Notes: generated by a model not told the origin, from the letters alone. A DNA stretch of 64,000 bases from a bacterium (GCA_965204535.1 CBDBEV010000001.1:800001-864000), one strand, 5' to 3'. Counted from the stretch's first letter, positions 29,543-40,054 are shown. A program made the numbers and translations.

Positions 29543-30861
29543 ACCCTGCGGCCCACAGGAGAGAGAACATACGCACCATCTACATGTTCGCCGCTATGTT
29601 CGCGGCCCTGACTCTAGTCGGTGTGATCCAGAGTTGGCCCCTGGCGCTGGCGATTCTGAACCTCTGCCTCATATCGGCTGTTATGTCCCTGGGCGTCAAT
29701 ATACAGTGGGGCTACGCCGGACTCGTGAATTTCGGCATCCTGGGGTTCGCAGCGCTGGGTGGGGTGACGGCGGTTCTCATCTCCGTCGCGCCGGTCCCGG
29801 CGGCTTGGGACGCGGGCGGAGCCGGTATCATCACCGCTTTGTGCGTCGCCCTGGCGACGATTCTGATCGCCGTGTTCGCCGCCAGACGCGCTCCAGCCGG
29901 TTTGCCGCGAAGGCTCATCCTCGCCTGCACCATCCTCGGCGGCTATTTTCTCGCGCGGGCGTTCTTTTTTCCTGCTGTGGAGGCCATCGAGGCCGTGGAT
30001 CCGACCAAAGCCGGGTTCCTGGGCGGCTTGGGGTTGCCCATCCTGCTCTCCTGGATCGCGGGCGGTCTGTTTGCCGCTGCCGTCGCCTGGGTGATCGGAA
30101 AGATCGCATTGGGCCTCAGGGCCGATTATCTGGCAATCGCCACGCTGGGCATTTCGGAGATCATCATCGCCGTCCTGAAGAACGAGGACTGGCTGGCCCG
30201 CGGCGTGAAGAACGTGAGCGGACTGCCCCGCCCCGTGCCTTATGAGGTGGATCTTCAGCAGGCCCTCTGGTTCCAGGATTGGGCTGCGTTGCTGGGTGTA
30301 TCGCCCGTGGAGTTCTCTTCCATTTTCGTTAAATTGTGCTACGCGGGGCTGTTCGCCATCGTCCTTCTCGTGGTGATGTGGCTCTCCGAGCGGGCGCTCC
30401 ATTCCCCGTGGGGGCGGATGATGCGCGCGATCCGGGACAACGAACTCGCGGCCTCCGCCATGGGCAAGGACGTCACGGGGCGCCATCTGCAGGTGTTCAT
30501 CCTGGGCTCAGCGGTAGTCGGCGTCGCCGGGGCCATGCTCGCCACCCTGGATGGGCAGTTCACGCCTGCTTCCTATCAGCCGCTCCGCTTCACTTTCATC
30601 ATTTGGGTGATGGCCATCGTCGGCGGATCGGGGAACAACCGGGGCGCGGTTCTGGGCGGTTTTGTCATCTGGTTTTTCTGGGTCGAGGCCGAACCCATCG
30701 GTTTATGGGTCATGGACCTGCTGACATCAGGCCTCTCACAGGATAGTCCTTTGCGTCGTCATCTGATCGAGAGCGCGGCTCATATGCGCCTGATGATCAT
30801 GGGGGTGATCCTGTTGCTGGTTCTGCGCTTCAGCCCTCGTGGCCTGATTCCTGAAAGATAG
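29539..30861 (+). CDS. livM: LivM-type ABC permease
   Basis: GYAGLVNFG, LRADYLAIATLG, SPWGRMMRAIRDNE. Confidence 0.9.
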   Translation: MNPAAHRRENIRTIYMFAAMFAALTLVGVIQSWPLALAILNLCLISAVMSLGVNIQWGYAGLVNFGILGFAALGGVTAVLISVAPVPAAWDAGGAGIITALCVALATILIAVFAARRAPAGLPRRLILACTILGGYFLARAFFFPAVEAIEAVDPTKAGFLGGLGLPILLSWIAGGLFAAAVAWVIGKIALGLRADYLAIATLGISEIIIAVLKNEDWLARGVKNVSGLPRPVPYEVDLQQALWFQDWAALLGVSPVEFSSIFVKLCYAGLFAIVLLVVMWLSERALHSPWGRMMRAIRDNELAASAMGKDVTGRHLQVFILGSAVVGVAGAMLATLDGQFTPASYQPLRFTFIIWVMAIVGGSGNNRGAVLGGFVIWFFWVEAEPIGLWVMDLLTSGLSQDSPLRRHLIESAAHMRLMIMGVILLLVLRFSPRGLIPER

Positions 30862-31074
30862 ACTGCATCCCAAAAGGGATCGGGAACAGCCGGACACGCG
30901 GAAATCTCGAATATGCAGCTTTCATGACTCTTGAGAGGATATCCATCCGGAGGGGCGACGCGGGGTTCGCTTGTGGAGTGCTCAGGAGTTGATGAGCCTT
31001 CCCGGTTTTGTTATGAGGACTCGCTGTGCTAACTTCGGGTTAGTCGGTCGCCGATCGGCGATGATTCGAATATC

Positions 31075-31151
31075 GGGTCGCTAGCTCAACTAGGCAGAGC
31101 AACGGACTCTTAATCCGTGGGTTCGGGGTTCGATTCCCCGGCGACCCACCA
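31075..31151 (+). tRNA. tRNA-Lys (CUU)
   Basis: GGGTCGC...ACGGA-CT-CTT-AA-TCCGT...GGTTCGATTCC...GCGACCC-A-CCA. Confidence 0.97.
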
Positions 31152-31184
31152 GTTTTCGCGCATCCATAGGAGAGTCGGTTTCAT

Positions 31185-31283
31185 ATGAAAACGTTCGTGA
31201 TCATCGTAGTAATCCTGGCCGTGCTCATCTTCGCCTGGAAGGTGCTGCTGAAGGATCCCTTTGGGATTTACCCCAAGAAATAA
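31185..31283 (+). CDS. 32-aa single-transmembrane microprotein (absent from ORF track)
   Basis: MKTFVIIVVILAVLIFAWKVLLKDPFGIYPKK; AGGAGA RBS; GC3-rich host-like codons. Confidence 0.6.
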   Translation: MKTFVIIVVILAVLIFAWKVLLKDPFGIYPKK

Positions 31284-31359
31284 CCCTCCTTTTTCCGTTA
31301 TTGGTCCGGAGTATTCCCTTTGTTTTCTCTGCGTGGTCGGTCACCGCTTCGTCCGCACT

Positions 31360-32946
31360 TCACGCCTGCTTGTTGGCTTTCAGTACCAGAATGAACGGGA
31401 TGACGAAAATGAAGCTCCATCCCATGATCCAATAGATGTCGTTGTAGGCGAGCATGGTGGCTTGTTTGTCGATGGTCTGCTCGATGAGGCCCATCGCCTT
31501 GGTTTGCGCGGTGTGTGGGTCGATTTGCTTGCGGACGAGCATTTCCGATAGCGTTTCTTTATATGAGAGGAACGTGGCGTTCGATTCGGTGATGTTTCCC
31601 ACCATGTTCACGCGGTGAAGTGCGGTGCGGCGTTCGAGCAGTATCGCCATGACGGCGAACCCCAGGTTGCCGCCCAGGCGGCGCGCCAGGTTGTAGAGGC
31701 TCGTGGCGGAGTTGATATCGGCCACTGCGGTGGTGCTGAAGGCGACGGTCGTCAGGGTGACGAAGACGAAGGGCATGCCAAACCCCAGGATGACGAGGCG
31801 CGACACCATGTCCCAATAGTCTGTCTGCAACGAGAGGCCCGACATCAGAATCAGGGACGTCATGGCCAGTGCGACGCCGCCACACATCAATATCCTGTAA
31901 TCCACATGATTGTACAGGTGGCCCACGATGGGCATCATGCAGAATAGGGCGATGCCCCTTGGCAGCATGACGAGGCCGGTTTCATACGGGCCGTGATCGA
32001 GCAGGTTTTGCAGAAATTGCGGCAGGATGAAGGTGGTTCCGAACATCACGATACCGAAGATCAGCACCACGAAGCACGAGGCGCTCAGGTTCAGGTTCAT
32101 GAGAACCCTGAAATCGACGATGGGTTCCTCCGTCCTGAGTTCCCATAAGACCAGCGCCGTCAGGGTGATGACGGTGAGTATCGTCATCACGATGATGAGG
32201 TTCGAATCGAACCAGTCTTCATCCTGCCCGCGCTCCAGGACGACCTGGAGCGCGGTGAGGCCGACTCCGATGAGGATGATGCCCATCCAGTCCACCTTTT
32301 TGATTCCGCGCTTCATGTGGGGCGGGTCGTAGACATAGATGGAAACGAGAGTGAGTCCGACGGCGGCGACGGGCACGTTGATGTAGAAAACCCAGGGCCA
32401 GCTCAGCGTTTCCGTGATCCACCCGCCCACCACCGGACCCATCGCGGGCGCAAGAACCACGCCCGCCGCGAACATGGCCATGGCCCAGCCTTGTCTGTTG
32501 GCCGGATAGGTTTCGCGCAATATCGCCTGCGCTACAGGGATGAGCCCGCCGCCGCCGAGTCCCTGGAGGATGCGATAGACGAGCATCTGGGTAAAGGTTT
32601 GCGAGGTGCCGACGAGAATCGACGCCAGGGTGAACAAGACGAAGGAGATGAGAAAATAGCGTTTTCGTCCTAGCAGGGTACTCCACCAGGCCGACATCGT
32701 GATCGTGATGATCTGGGCGATGGTGTAGATGGTCGCCACCCAGGTGATGGTGGACAAGTCGACGTTGAACGAACCGCGCATGTGCGGCATCACCACGTTG
32801 ACGATGCTGGCGTCCATGATGGAGATGAACGCGGCCGAGACGACCGCGAGCGTAATCATCGCGCGGTTGAAGGGAGAGGGGTAACTTGTGTGCGAGGCGG
32901 CTTCCCCTCCGCTTCCGGGAGCGGATGATGTCGTTTCTTCGTTCAA
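31360..32946 (-). CDS. DHA2 (EmrB/QacA) MFS efflux permease
   Basis: MDASIVNV, RILQGLGGG, APAMGPVVGGWIT...WPWVFYINVP; 14-TM pattern. Confidence 0.93.
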   Translation of the reverse strand: MNEETTSSAPGSGGEAASHTSYPSPFNRAMITLAVVSAAFISIMDASIVNVVMPHMRGSFNVDLSTITWVATIYTIAQIITITMSAWWSTLLGRKRYFLISFVLFTLASILVGTSQTFTQMLVYRILQGLGGGGLIPVAQAILRETYPANRQGWAMAMFAAGVVLAPAMGPVVGGWITETLSWPWVFYINVPVAAVGLTLVSIYVYDPPHMKRGIKKVDWMGIILIGVGLTALQVVLERGQDEDWFDSNLIIVMTILTVITLTALVLWELRTEEPIVDFRVLMNLNLSASCFVVLIFGIVMFGTTFILPQFLQNLLDHGPYETGLVMLPRGIALFCMMPIVGHLYNHVDYRILMCGGVALAMTSLILMSGLSLQTDYWDMVSRLVILGFGMPFVFVTLTTVAFSTTAVADINSATSLYNLARRLGGNLGFAVMAILLERRTALHRVNMVGNITESNATFLSYKETLSEMLVRKQIDPHTAQTKAMGLIEQTIDKQATMLAYNDIYWIMGWSFIFVIPFILVLKANKQA

Positions 32947-34289
32947 GGTTTCTGGTTATGCGGTTTTTTGTTCACGGGATACGCCAACAGGCGGGGACCG
33001 CGCCGAATCTTGGTGTCCACGGTCACATAGGCGGACATGCCGACCAGGAAGGGGAATTTTTTTTGGGGTTTTTCGTCCAGCAGGATCTTCACGGGAATAC
33101 GGCGTGTGACTTTCACCCAGTTGCCGGTGGCGTTCTCGGGCGGCAGGAGGGAGAATGTCTCACCCGTACCCGAATACAGGCTCGCGACGTGACCCTTGAA
33201 CGTTCGGTTCGGGTAGGCGTCGAGAACGATTTCCGCTGGCTGGCCAACATGGATGCCTTCGAGTTTGATTTCTTTGAAATTCGCCCGGATATACGCCTTC
33301 TCAAGCTGAACGATGAGGAGCAAAGGACGCCCGGGTTGCACGTAGGTTCCCGGGTCTACGGATTTTTCCACGTAGCCGGATACGGGCGCGCGAATCTCGG
33401 TGTAGGAGAGGAGAAGTTCCTTTTCCTTGTGCGCGGCCAGGGCTTCTTCGAGTTCGGCCTTCAGGGATTCGGCGTCATGGCTCTTCACGCGCCGGGAGCG
33501 GTCCTCGTTTTCTGCCAGCGCCACGGCGGCTTGCGCCTCTTCCATCTGGTTGACGATGGCCGAAACCTTGTTTTCCTCCACGTTGAGTGCGGCCCGCGAA
33601 GCGTCGTAGTTTGCCCTGGCGACGTCATGAGATACGCGCGCGAGCGCTAAATTTTCATCCGAGATGATTTTCTGGCCATGCAGGCGCCGTTTTCTGTTCA
33701 AATCCTCGCGCGTCTGTTTCATCGTGGCCGCATGGGCGAGCGTTTCATTTTTCCTTTGAACGAGCAAAGCGCGGGCTGAGCGGAGAGTGCGCCGCAGAGT
33801 CTCGAGACGTGCGCGGGCTTCCTGCTGAAGGCCGCTGGCTCGGCCCATGGAGTGGGTGACGGACTCTTTGCTCGCCTCATATTTCGCGAGGGCAACGGCC
33901 ACGGCGGCCTTTGTTTTTTGAAGGGCCACCTCATGACGCCGCTTGTCGAGGACGACGAGGAGGTCCCCTTTCCGGACCGCCTGATTGTCCTTGACTAGGA
34001 GTTTTTTCACCACACCCGCGATTTCAGTGCTCACAGGCGTCAGTGTGCTCCGGACGTAAGCGTTGTCCGTCGAGACGAATCGCTCCCAGTTTTGCCACCA
34101 GAAATATCCCGCTTCGGCAGCGAAGAACAGGCCCACGCCGAGAGCCAGGAAAAGGAGGAACTTCCTGACGAAAGAGAGGGTAAAGCGCTTTTGCCGGGGG
34201 CGCTGCTTGTTAGTGGACGGCGGGTTTTTCTCCTCCTCGGCGGGTCCGGTGAGGGAGGGATTTTCCCCATCTGGCGGTTTGTCCGTCAT
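32943..34289 (-). CDS. EmrA/HlyD-family adaptor
   Basis: STDNAYV, IRAPVSG, ANFKE, FSLLPPENATGNWVKVTRRIPV. Confidence 0.93.
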   Translation of the reverse strand: MTDKPPDGENPSLTGPAEEEKNPPSTNKQRPRQKRFTLSFVRKFLLFLALGVGLFFAAEAGYFWWQNWERFVSTDNAYVRSTLTPVSTEIAGVVKKLLVKDNQAVRKGDLLVVLDKRRHEVALQKTKAAVAVALAKYEASKESVTHSMGRASGLQQEARARLETLRRTLRSARALLVQRKNETLAHAATMKQTREDLNRKRRLHGQKIISDENLALARVSHDVARANYDASRAALNVEENKVSAIVNQMEEAQAAVALAENEDRSRRVKSHDAESLKAELEEALAAHKEKELLLSYTEIRAPVSGYVEKSVDPGTYVQPGRPLLLIVQLEKAYIRANFKEIKLEGIHVGQPAEIVLDAYPNRTFKGHVASLYSGTGETFSLLPPENATGNWVKVTRRIPVKILLDEKPQKKFPFLVGMSAYVTVDTKIRRGPRLLAYPVNKKPHNQKP

Positions 34290-34504
34290 CGCAGAATCCG
34301 TGGTTGAGCGAGTGCGCCGATTTGTCGAGAAGCGCGATATTTGAAGATAACCTGCTTAAGTTACAGCAAATAAAGCGGTTTTGTCATTGCAGACGGCTAA
34401 AAATGACATGATGAGATGAACCCACGTTTGCGCGTGCGTCCTGGAGCCCCGGTGTGCTTATAATCCTCATGAGTTGTGAGCAAAGAAACCGGGGAGGAGT
34501 CTAC

Positions 34505-36061
34505 ATGTTCGCCGTAGCGGCGGCCCATGAAAAAGCGGTGGAAGCGGGTTTGCGCGTCATGGAAGAAGGGGGAGACGCCTGCGATGCGGCGGTGGCCGTT
34601 TCCCTGGCCCTGGGTGTGGCGGAGCCTTTCTATTCCGGGCTGGGCGGCGGAGGCGTGGCGCTCATCTGGCGCGAGGACGAGAAAAGAGCCGGGTTCGTCG
34701 ATTTCAGCAACGAGTGCCCCCTCGGAATGGAACCCGGCATTTTCGAGTGCGATGAATCCGGACGGCACAAAGATGATGCGCACAGTCGGGGCCATCGTTC
34801 CATCCTGATTCTGGGTCTGCTGCGTGGGCTGGAGGCGATTCACCACGAATACGGGCGGCGGCCTTGGAGCGATTTGTTCGAGAGTGCCATCCACTTCGCA
34901 GATGAGGGTTTTGAGGTCGGCTGGTTCTACCGCCTACAGCAGGAGGAGTCGCGCTTTAAGGAGCTTTGTGCGGTATATCCCGAACTCGGGAGAATTCACT
35001 CGGTATCCGGTGAACCGCTTGCCGAAGGCGCGCTCCTGCGCCAGCCGGATTTGGCGGGAACGCTTCGCGAGCTAGCAGAAAAAGGCGCAGACGCCTTTTA
35101 CGAGGGTGTGCTTGCAAAGGCCATTGTGGATGAGGTGAATAGCGGCGGTGGTTATCTGGGAGCGTCTGATCTCTTAAACTACCGCGTGCGGTGGATGGCG
35201 CCGCTTGCTTCAAGCTATCGGGACCATCGTTTCTTCACCGCGCCGCCTCCTTCTTCCGGGCTCATCCTGATTCAGATATTGAATTTTTTAGAAGTTCTCC
35301 TGCCCGAATGGGATGAGGCGGATGAGGCTGCGCGCGGCCTGGCGCTCGCTCGCGCCATGGGTGTGGCGTTTCGAGACAGGTTCTCGGTCTATGGCGATCC
35401 CTATCATTACGACATGCCTGTGGAGCGCCTCCTGAGCAAGGAGTATGCCGCCGCCGCGATGGCCGAGAAGCGAGCCCCCGGCATTCACGTTCACGACATG
35501 GAGGCGGGTTCCACCACCCATTTCACGATTATGGATTCGCTGGGCAACGTGGTCTGCCAAACGCAGACCCTGGGCTTGGGGTGGGGGTCGGGCGTCGTGC
35601 CGCCAGGCACAGGGGTCATTCTGAACAACCACACGAACTGGATGGACCCCCGCCCGGGACGCGGGAATTCTTTGGGCGCAGGCAAACGCCCCATGGCGGG
35701 CTATGCCCCAACCCTCGTTTTCGAGGGTGAGAAATTGCGCTTAGGCGTCGGTAGTCCCGGCTCCTATCGTATCCCCACGGCGGTGGCCCAGGTCATCCTC
35801 AATCTGTTTTACCGGAAGATGAGCCTACAAGAAGCAGTGGAAGCCCCCCGCATGCACTTGGATATCGGCCCCATGCACGCTGAAGATACTGTGGACGAGG
35901 TAGTTTTAGAATTATTGCGGCAGAGCGGTTTTGAGGTTTCGCCCTATGCGTACCCCCACCACTTCTTCGGTGGCGTGCATGCTGTGCATGTGGAAGATGA
36001 CGGCCGCCTCATGGCCTTTGGTGATCCTCGTCGCACGGGAAGCGCGGGAACGATTGGATAG
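34505..36061 (+). CDS. ggt: gamma-glutamyltransferase family protein
   Basis: GGDACDAAVA, SGLGGG, TAPPPSSG, autocleavage STTHF, TGVILNN, GSPGS. Confidence 0.9.
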   Translation: MFAVAAAHEKAVEAGLRVMEEGGDACDAAVAVSLALGVAEPFYSGLGGGGVALIWREDEKRAGFVDFSNECPLGMEPGIFECDESGRHKDDAHSRGHRSILILGLLRGLEAIHHEYGRRPWSDLFESAIHFADEGFEVGWFYRLQQEESRFKELCAVYPELGRIHSVSGEPLAEGALLRQPDLAGTLRELAEKGADAFYEGVLAKAIVDEVNSGGGYLGASDLLNYRVRWMAPLASSYRDHRFFTAPPPSSGLILIQILNFLEVLLPEWDEADEAARGLALARAMGVAFRDRFSVYGDPYHYDMPVERLLSKEYAAAAMAEKRAPGIHVHDMEAGSTTHFTIMDSLGNVVCQTQTLGLGWGSGVVPPGTGVILNNHTNWMDPRPGRGNSLGAGKRPMAGYAPTLVFEGEKLRLGVGSPGSYRIPTAVAQVILNLFYRKMSLQEAVEAPRMHLDIGPMHAEDTVDEVVLELLRQSGFEVSPYAYPHHFFGGVHAVHVEDDGRLMAFGDPRRTGSAGTIG

Positions 36062-36118
36062 AGGCGATTTTCTTTTTTTGCGATATATGCGGGATGAGAG
36101 GCAGGTTGACCCCCTCGG

Positions 36119-37297
36119 CTATTGAAAGTCGAGCGTTTTCGCTTCGCGGCCCAGGGCGATTTGCCCGATGGTTTCGAGGCAGCGGTCGTTGGCGGGCGGC
36201 ATGACGATGCCGGCCACGGCGTCTCTCAAGTGACGCTCGAGCGGCAAAGAGCGGTGAAGCCCGCGTCCGCCGCACAGGCGGATTCCCTGCTCGGCGAGTT
36301 CCTTGGCGGCTTCGGTCGCCAGGTATTTCGCCTGGTTGAGGATGAAGGTCAGTTCCATTTTGCCGAGGTTTCCTCTGAGCGCACCCAGTTTTTCGGCGGC
36401 GCGGCGCGCGTTCTCGAGCAGCATGGCCATCTCGCCAATCTGGCGCTGCGTGCGGTCCAGCTCGCCTAGAGGGACTCCCATGCCCGATTTCGTCTTTTTC
36501 ACGTAATCCACCGTGAACTGATAGGCCGCCTCCGCGATACCGATATAGACGGCGGTGTATCCCAGGGACCACATGCTCATGTCCTTGCCCAGAATGCTGC
36601 CCGGCTCCCCGATGATCTCATTTGGCTTCACGGCTACGTCGTGAAACATCAGGGAGTTCGACGCGGTTCCCCGCATGCCGATGGTGTGCCAATCATCCAA
36701 GATTTCGATGTTCTCTCTCGCGGCGGGAATCATCACGTTCAGTAGACCCTCCTGCAGGGTTTCCGCACCGTCGAGGTAACTCCAGGTGAAGTAATACGTC
36801 GCCCCTGTGGAGAGAGAACAGAAATGTTTCTTGCCGTGCAGGCGATATACGCCGTTGTCCTCGCGGATGGAGGTGCGCACCGCCAGCTTGTCGCGGAAGG
36901 AACTGCCCGGCTCGCTCGTGATGGAGGCGAAGATGGCGCCTTCGCTCACCACTTCGGAGAAATAGTGCTCCATCTGTTCTTTGGATGCGATTTGCCCCAA
37001 AAAATCCACGACGGCGCTGTGCATGTTGAACGTGAGGCCCGTGGAGGCGCAGCCTTTCGCAATTTTGGAGAGCACCGTGACGTAAGTGAGAGAATCCGCT
37101 CCGATGCCGCCGAATTCCCTGGGCACCATGAGAGAGAGAAGGCCGGCGTCGGCGAGGTCCTGATAGTTTTCAACCGGAAAGCGCGATTCCTCGTCGATCG
37201 CCTTCGCGCGCGGGGCGAATTTTTCCTGCGCCAGCGATTCGGCGAGGTCGACCCATTTTTTCGATTCGGCGCCAAGCGCGCCTGCAGAACTGTTCAT
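36119..37297 (-). CDS. acyl-CoA dehydrogenase-fold flavoprotein (SfnB/DszC-like)
   Basis: ASTGLTFNMH, G.KHFCS, DDWHTIGMRGTASN, LERHLRDA; downstream of the SsuD-like genes. Confidence 0.8.
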   Translation of the reverse strand: MNSSAGALGAESKKWVDLAESLAQEKFAPRAKAIDEESRFPVENYQDLADAGLLSLMVPREFGGIGADSLTYVTVLSKIAKGCASTGLTFNMHSAVVDFLGQIASKEQMEHYFSEVVSEGAIFASITSEPGSSFRDKLAVRTSIREDNGVYRLHGKKHFCSLSTGATYYFTWSYLDGAETLQEGLLNVMIPAARENIEILDDWHTIGMRGTASNSLMFHDVAVKPNEIIGEPGSILGKDMSMWSLGYTAVYIGIAEAAYQFTVDYVKKTKSGMGVPLGELDRTQRQIGEMAMLLENARRAAEKLGALRGNLGKMELTFILNQAKYLATEAAKELAEQGIRLCGGRGLHRSLPLERHLRDAVAGIVMPPANDRCLETIGQIALGREAKTLDFQ

Positions 37298-37340
37298 CAA
37301 AGGTTTCCTCTTTCTGTTACAGTTGCGGTCTTTTCTCTCA

Positions 37341-38456
37341 TCAATCGTATTCCGCGAGTGCGGGCAAAGGCTGCTCCAGGGTGATGGGCTTGGTATCCTT
37401 GAGCAGGGGCATAATCTCGCGACCGAATATCTCCACTTCCTCGACGTGCGGCCAGCCGGAGAGGATGAACGTGTGGACGCCCACATCCACGTATTCCCTG
37501 AGCGCCTTGGCGATCATGTCGGGCGTGCCAACAAGGGAAGCACCCGCACCTGCGCGAACCGTGTTCACGCCCATCCACAAGGTGTCGGTGATCCAGAGCG
37601 ACTCGCCCTTCGCCAGTTCGTTGACGCGTGTCTGACCGGTGCTCTCCGTTTTGGTTTTCATGTCGGCCCAAGCCTGTACGTTCGAGATGTCGCTCCCCTC
37701 GATGAGCTCTTGCGCAGCTTTTTTTGCCTCCGCCCTGGTCTCCCGGCAGAGGATGTGCATCCGCACGCCGAATTGAATCTTGTCCTCGCGGTCGAACTCG
37801 GCCGCGCGCTGCCTCATATCGAGCACGTCTTTGGCGATGGTCTCCACATCCACGGCGTACATCATGTGCACGTCGGAAAATTTCGCCCCCACCCGGCGTC
37901 CGGGCTCCGAGCTTCCGCCAAGATAGATGGGCGGCCAGGGCTTGGATACGTGGATCGGGAAAAAGGCGGCTTCGCGTATGTCGAAATACTTCCCCTTGTA
38001 GGTGATGGGAGCGTCGGCGCTCCAGATGCGGGTGACGATCTCGAGAAACTCATCCGTCCTGTCGTAGCGCTCATCGTGCACGAGATGGTCGCCGTAGCGC
38101 ATCTGTTCCACGTGACTCGAACCGGTGACGACGTTGAGCGTCAGGCGACCGCCGGTGAGCGCGTCGAGTGTGCTCGCCGTCTGTGCGGCGAATACGGGGC
38201 TGGTGAGGCCGGGGCGGAACGCTACGCAGAATTTGATTCTTTCGGTATGCTGGGCCACGCCTGCGGCCACGAGCCAGGCATCCATGCAATGGGTGCCTGT
38301 GGGTACCAGAAGGTTCACGAAACCGGCCCGCTCGGCGGCGCTCGCCACCTGGGAGAGGTACTCGATAGTGGGTTTTCGCTCAGGCACCCTTGTGTTGATT
38401 TTGTGGCCATCACCCGCCCTGGCCGACGGGAGAAACCAAGCGTATTCCGTACCCAT
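37341..38456 (-). CDS. LLM-class flavin monooxygenase (SsuD/MsuD-like), copy 2
   Basis: WFLP, AAE.AGF..LLVPTG, FCVAFRPG, LNVVTG, IYLGGSS, LVGTP, FILSGWPH.EE. Confidence 0.9.
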   Translation of the reverse strand: MGTEYAWFLPSARAGDGHKINTRVPERKPTIEYLSQVASAAERAGFVNLLVPTGTHCMDAWLVAAGVAQHTERIKFCVAFRPGLTSPVFAAQTASTLDALTGGRLTLNVVTGSSHVEQMRYGDHLVHDERYDRTDEFLEIVTRIWSADAPITYKGKYFDIREAAFFPIHVSKPWPPIYLGGSSEPGRRVGAKFSDVHMMYAVDVETIAKDVLDMRQRAAEFDREDKIQFGVRMHILCRETRAEAKKAAQELIEGSDISNVQAWADMKTKTESTGQTRVNELAKGESLWITDTLWMGVNTVRAGAGASLVGTPDMIAKALREYVDVGVHTFILSGWPHVEEVEIFGREIMPLLKDTKPITLEQPLPALAEYD

Positions 38457-38587
38457 ATGCGAAACCTCTGAGGTGAAAGATGCACTCAGTATAGCGCGAA
38501 ATGAACGCGCGTGTATTCACTTCGCCCGATTCTGAAAATACAAACAAGGCGCAAGCGCGTCAATCTCAAGGCCGGAGCCGCGAAGGT

Positions 38588-38741
38588 CAGGCGGGTATCT
38601 GTCCGTTGAGTTGGCGGTACTGAACCGCTTCCGCCACATGCTGAAGAGAGATGTTTTTTCCCCGGCCAGATCGCTGATGGTCCGCGCCACTTTCAGCACG
38701 CGATGATAGGCGCGCGCTGAGAGCCCCAGTTTCTCCACCCG
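38588..38741 (-). pseudogene. comM: degenerate copy of the comM 3' end (about 50 codons, 1-nt frameshift)
   Basis: Aligns to 40055-40210 (EKLGLSARAYHRVLKVARTISDLAG...). Confidence 0.9.
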
Positions 38742-38811
38742 CTACCGTCGAACTCCCTGAGCATCATGAGGGCGAGAAGACCGGCGTCGGCCTTTCCGTT
38801 GTGTTCTATTG

Positions 38812-39927
38812 TCAATCGTATTCGGCGAGGGCGGGCATGGGAGACTCCAGGGAGATGGGCTCCGTATCTTCGAGCAGGGGCATTATCTCGCGTCCGAATA
38901 TCTCGACCTCCTCGACGTGCGGCCAACCTGAGAGGATGAACGTGTGAACACCCACGTCCACGTATTCCTTGAGCGCCTTGGCGATCATGTCCGGCGTGCC
39001 CACTAGGCAGGCGCCCGGGCCCGCGCGAACAGTGTTCACGCCCATCCACAAGGTGTCGGTGATCCAGAGCGATTCGCCTTTCGCCAGTTCGTTCACGCGC
39101 GTCTGGCCTATGCTCTCCGATTTGGTCTTCAAGTCGGCCCAGACCTGCACGTTCGAGATGTCGCTCCCCTCGATGAGCGCTTGTGCGGCTTTTTTCGCCT
39201 CCGCCTTGGTCTCCCGGCAGAGGATGTGCATCCGGACGCCGAATTTTATCTGATCTTCGCGGCCGACCTCCGCTGCGCGCCGCTTCATGTCGAGCGCGTC
39301 CTTGGCGATGGTCTCCACGTCGACGGCGTACATCATGTGCACGTCGGAGAATTTCGCCCCCACCCGGCGGCCGGGCTCCGAGCTCCCGCCGAGATAGATG
39401 GGCGGCCAGGGTTTTGAGACGTGGATCGGGAAAAAGGCGGCATCTCGTATGTCGAAATACTTCCCCTTGTAGGTGATGGGAGCGTCGGCGCTCCAGATGC
39501 GAGTGACGATTTCTAGAAACTCATTTGTCCTGTCGTAGCGTTCATCGTGTTCGAGATGGTCGCCGTAGCGCATCTGTTCCACGTGACTCGAGCCGGTGAC
39601 GACGTTGAGCGTCAGGCGGCCGCCAGTGAGCGTATCGAGCGTGTTCGCCGTCTGGGCGGCGAATACGGGGCTGGTGAGACCCGGTCGGAACGCCACGCAA
39701 AATTTGATTCTTTCGGTATGCTGCGCTACGCCCGCGGCCACGAGCCAGGCGTCCAGGCAGTGGGTGCCTGTGGGTACCAGAAGGTTCACGAAACCGGCCC
39801 GCTCGGCGGCGCTCGCCACTTGGGAGAGGTATTCGATGGTGGGTTTACGCTCAGGCACCTTGGTGTTGATTTTGTGGCCGTCACCCGCTCTGGCCGATGG
39901 GAGAAACCAGGCGTATTCTGTCCCCAT
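38812..39927 (-). CDS. LLM-class flavin monooxygenase (SsuD/MsuD-like), copy 1
   Basis: Same length (371 aa) as 37341-38456, about 28 amino-acid differences by manual count. Confidence 0.9.
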   Translation of the reverse strand: MGTEYAWFLPSARAGDGHKINTKVPERKPTIEYLSQVASAAERAGFVNLLVPTGTHCLDAWLVAAGVAQHTERIKFCVAFRPGLTSPVFAAQTANTLDTLTGGRLTLNVVTGSSHVEQMRYGDHLEHDERYDRTNEFLEIVTRIWSADAPITYKGKYFDIRDAAFFPIHVSKPWPPIYLGGSSEPGRRVGAKFSDVHMMYAVDVETIAKDALDMKRRAAEVGREDQIKFGVRMHILCRETKAEAKKAAQALIEGSDISNVQVWADLKTKSESIGQTRVNELAKGESLWITDTLWMGVNTVRAGPGACLVGTPDMIAKALKEYVDVGVHTFILSGWPHVEEVEIFGREIMPLLEDTEPISLESPMPALAEYD

Positions 39928-40054
39928 ATCGAAAACCTCTGTGGTGAGAGATGCGCCCAGTATAGCCCAAAATGGAGGAGCACGTATCGGCTGCGCCTGT
40001 TTTTAAATACAAACAAGGTGGATGCCCGTCGATCTCAACACAGAGGCCGCGAAA

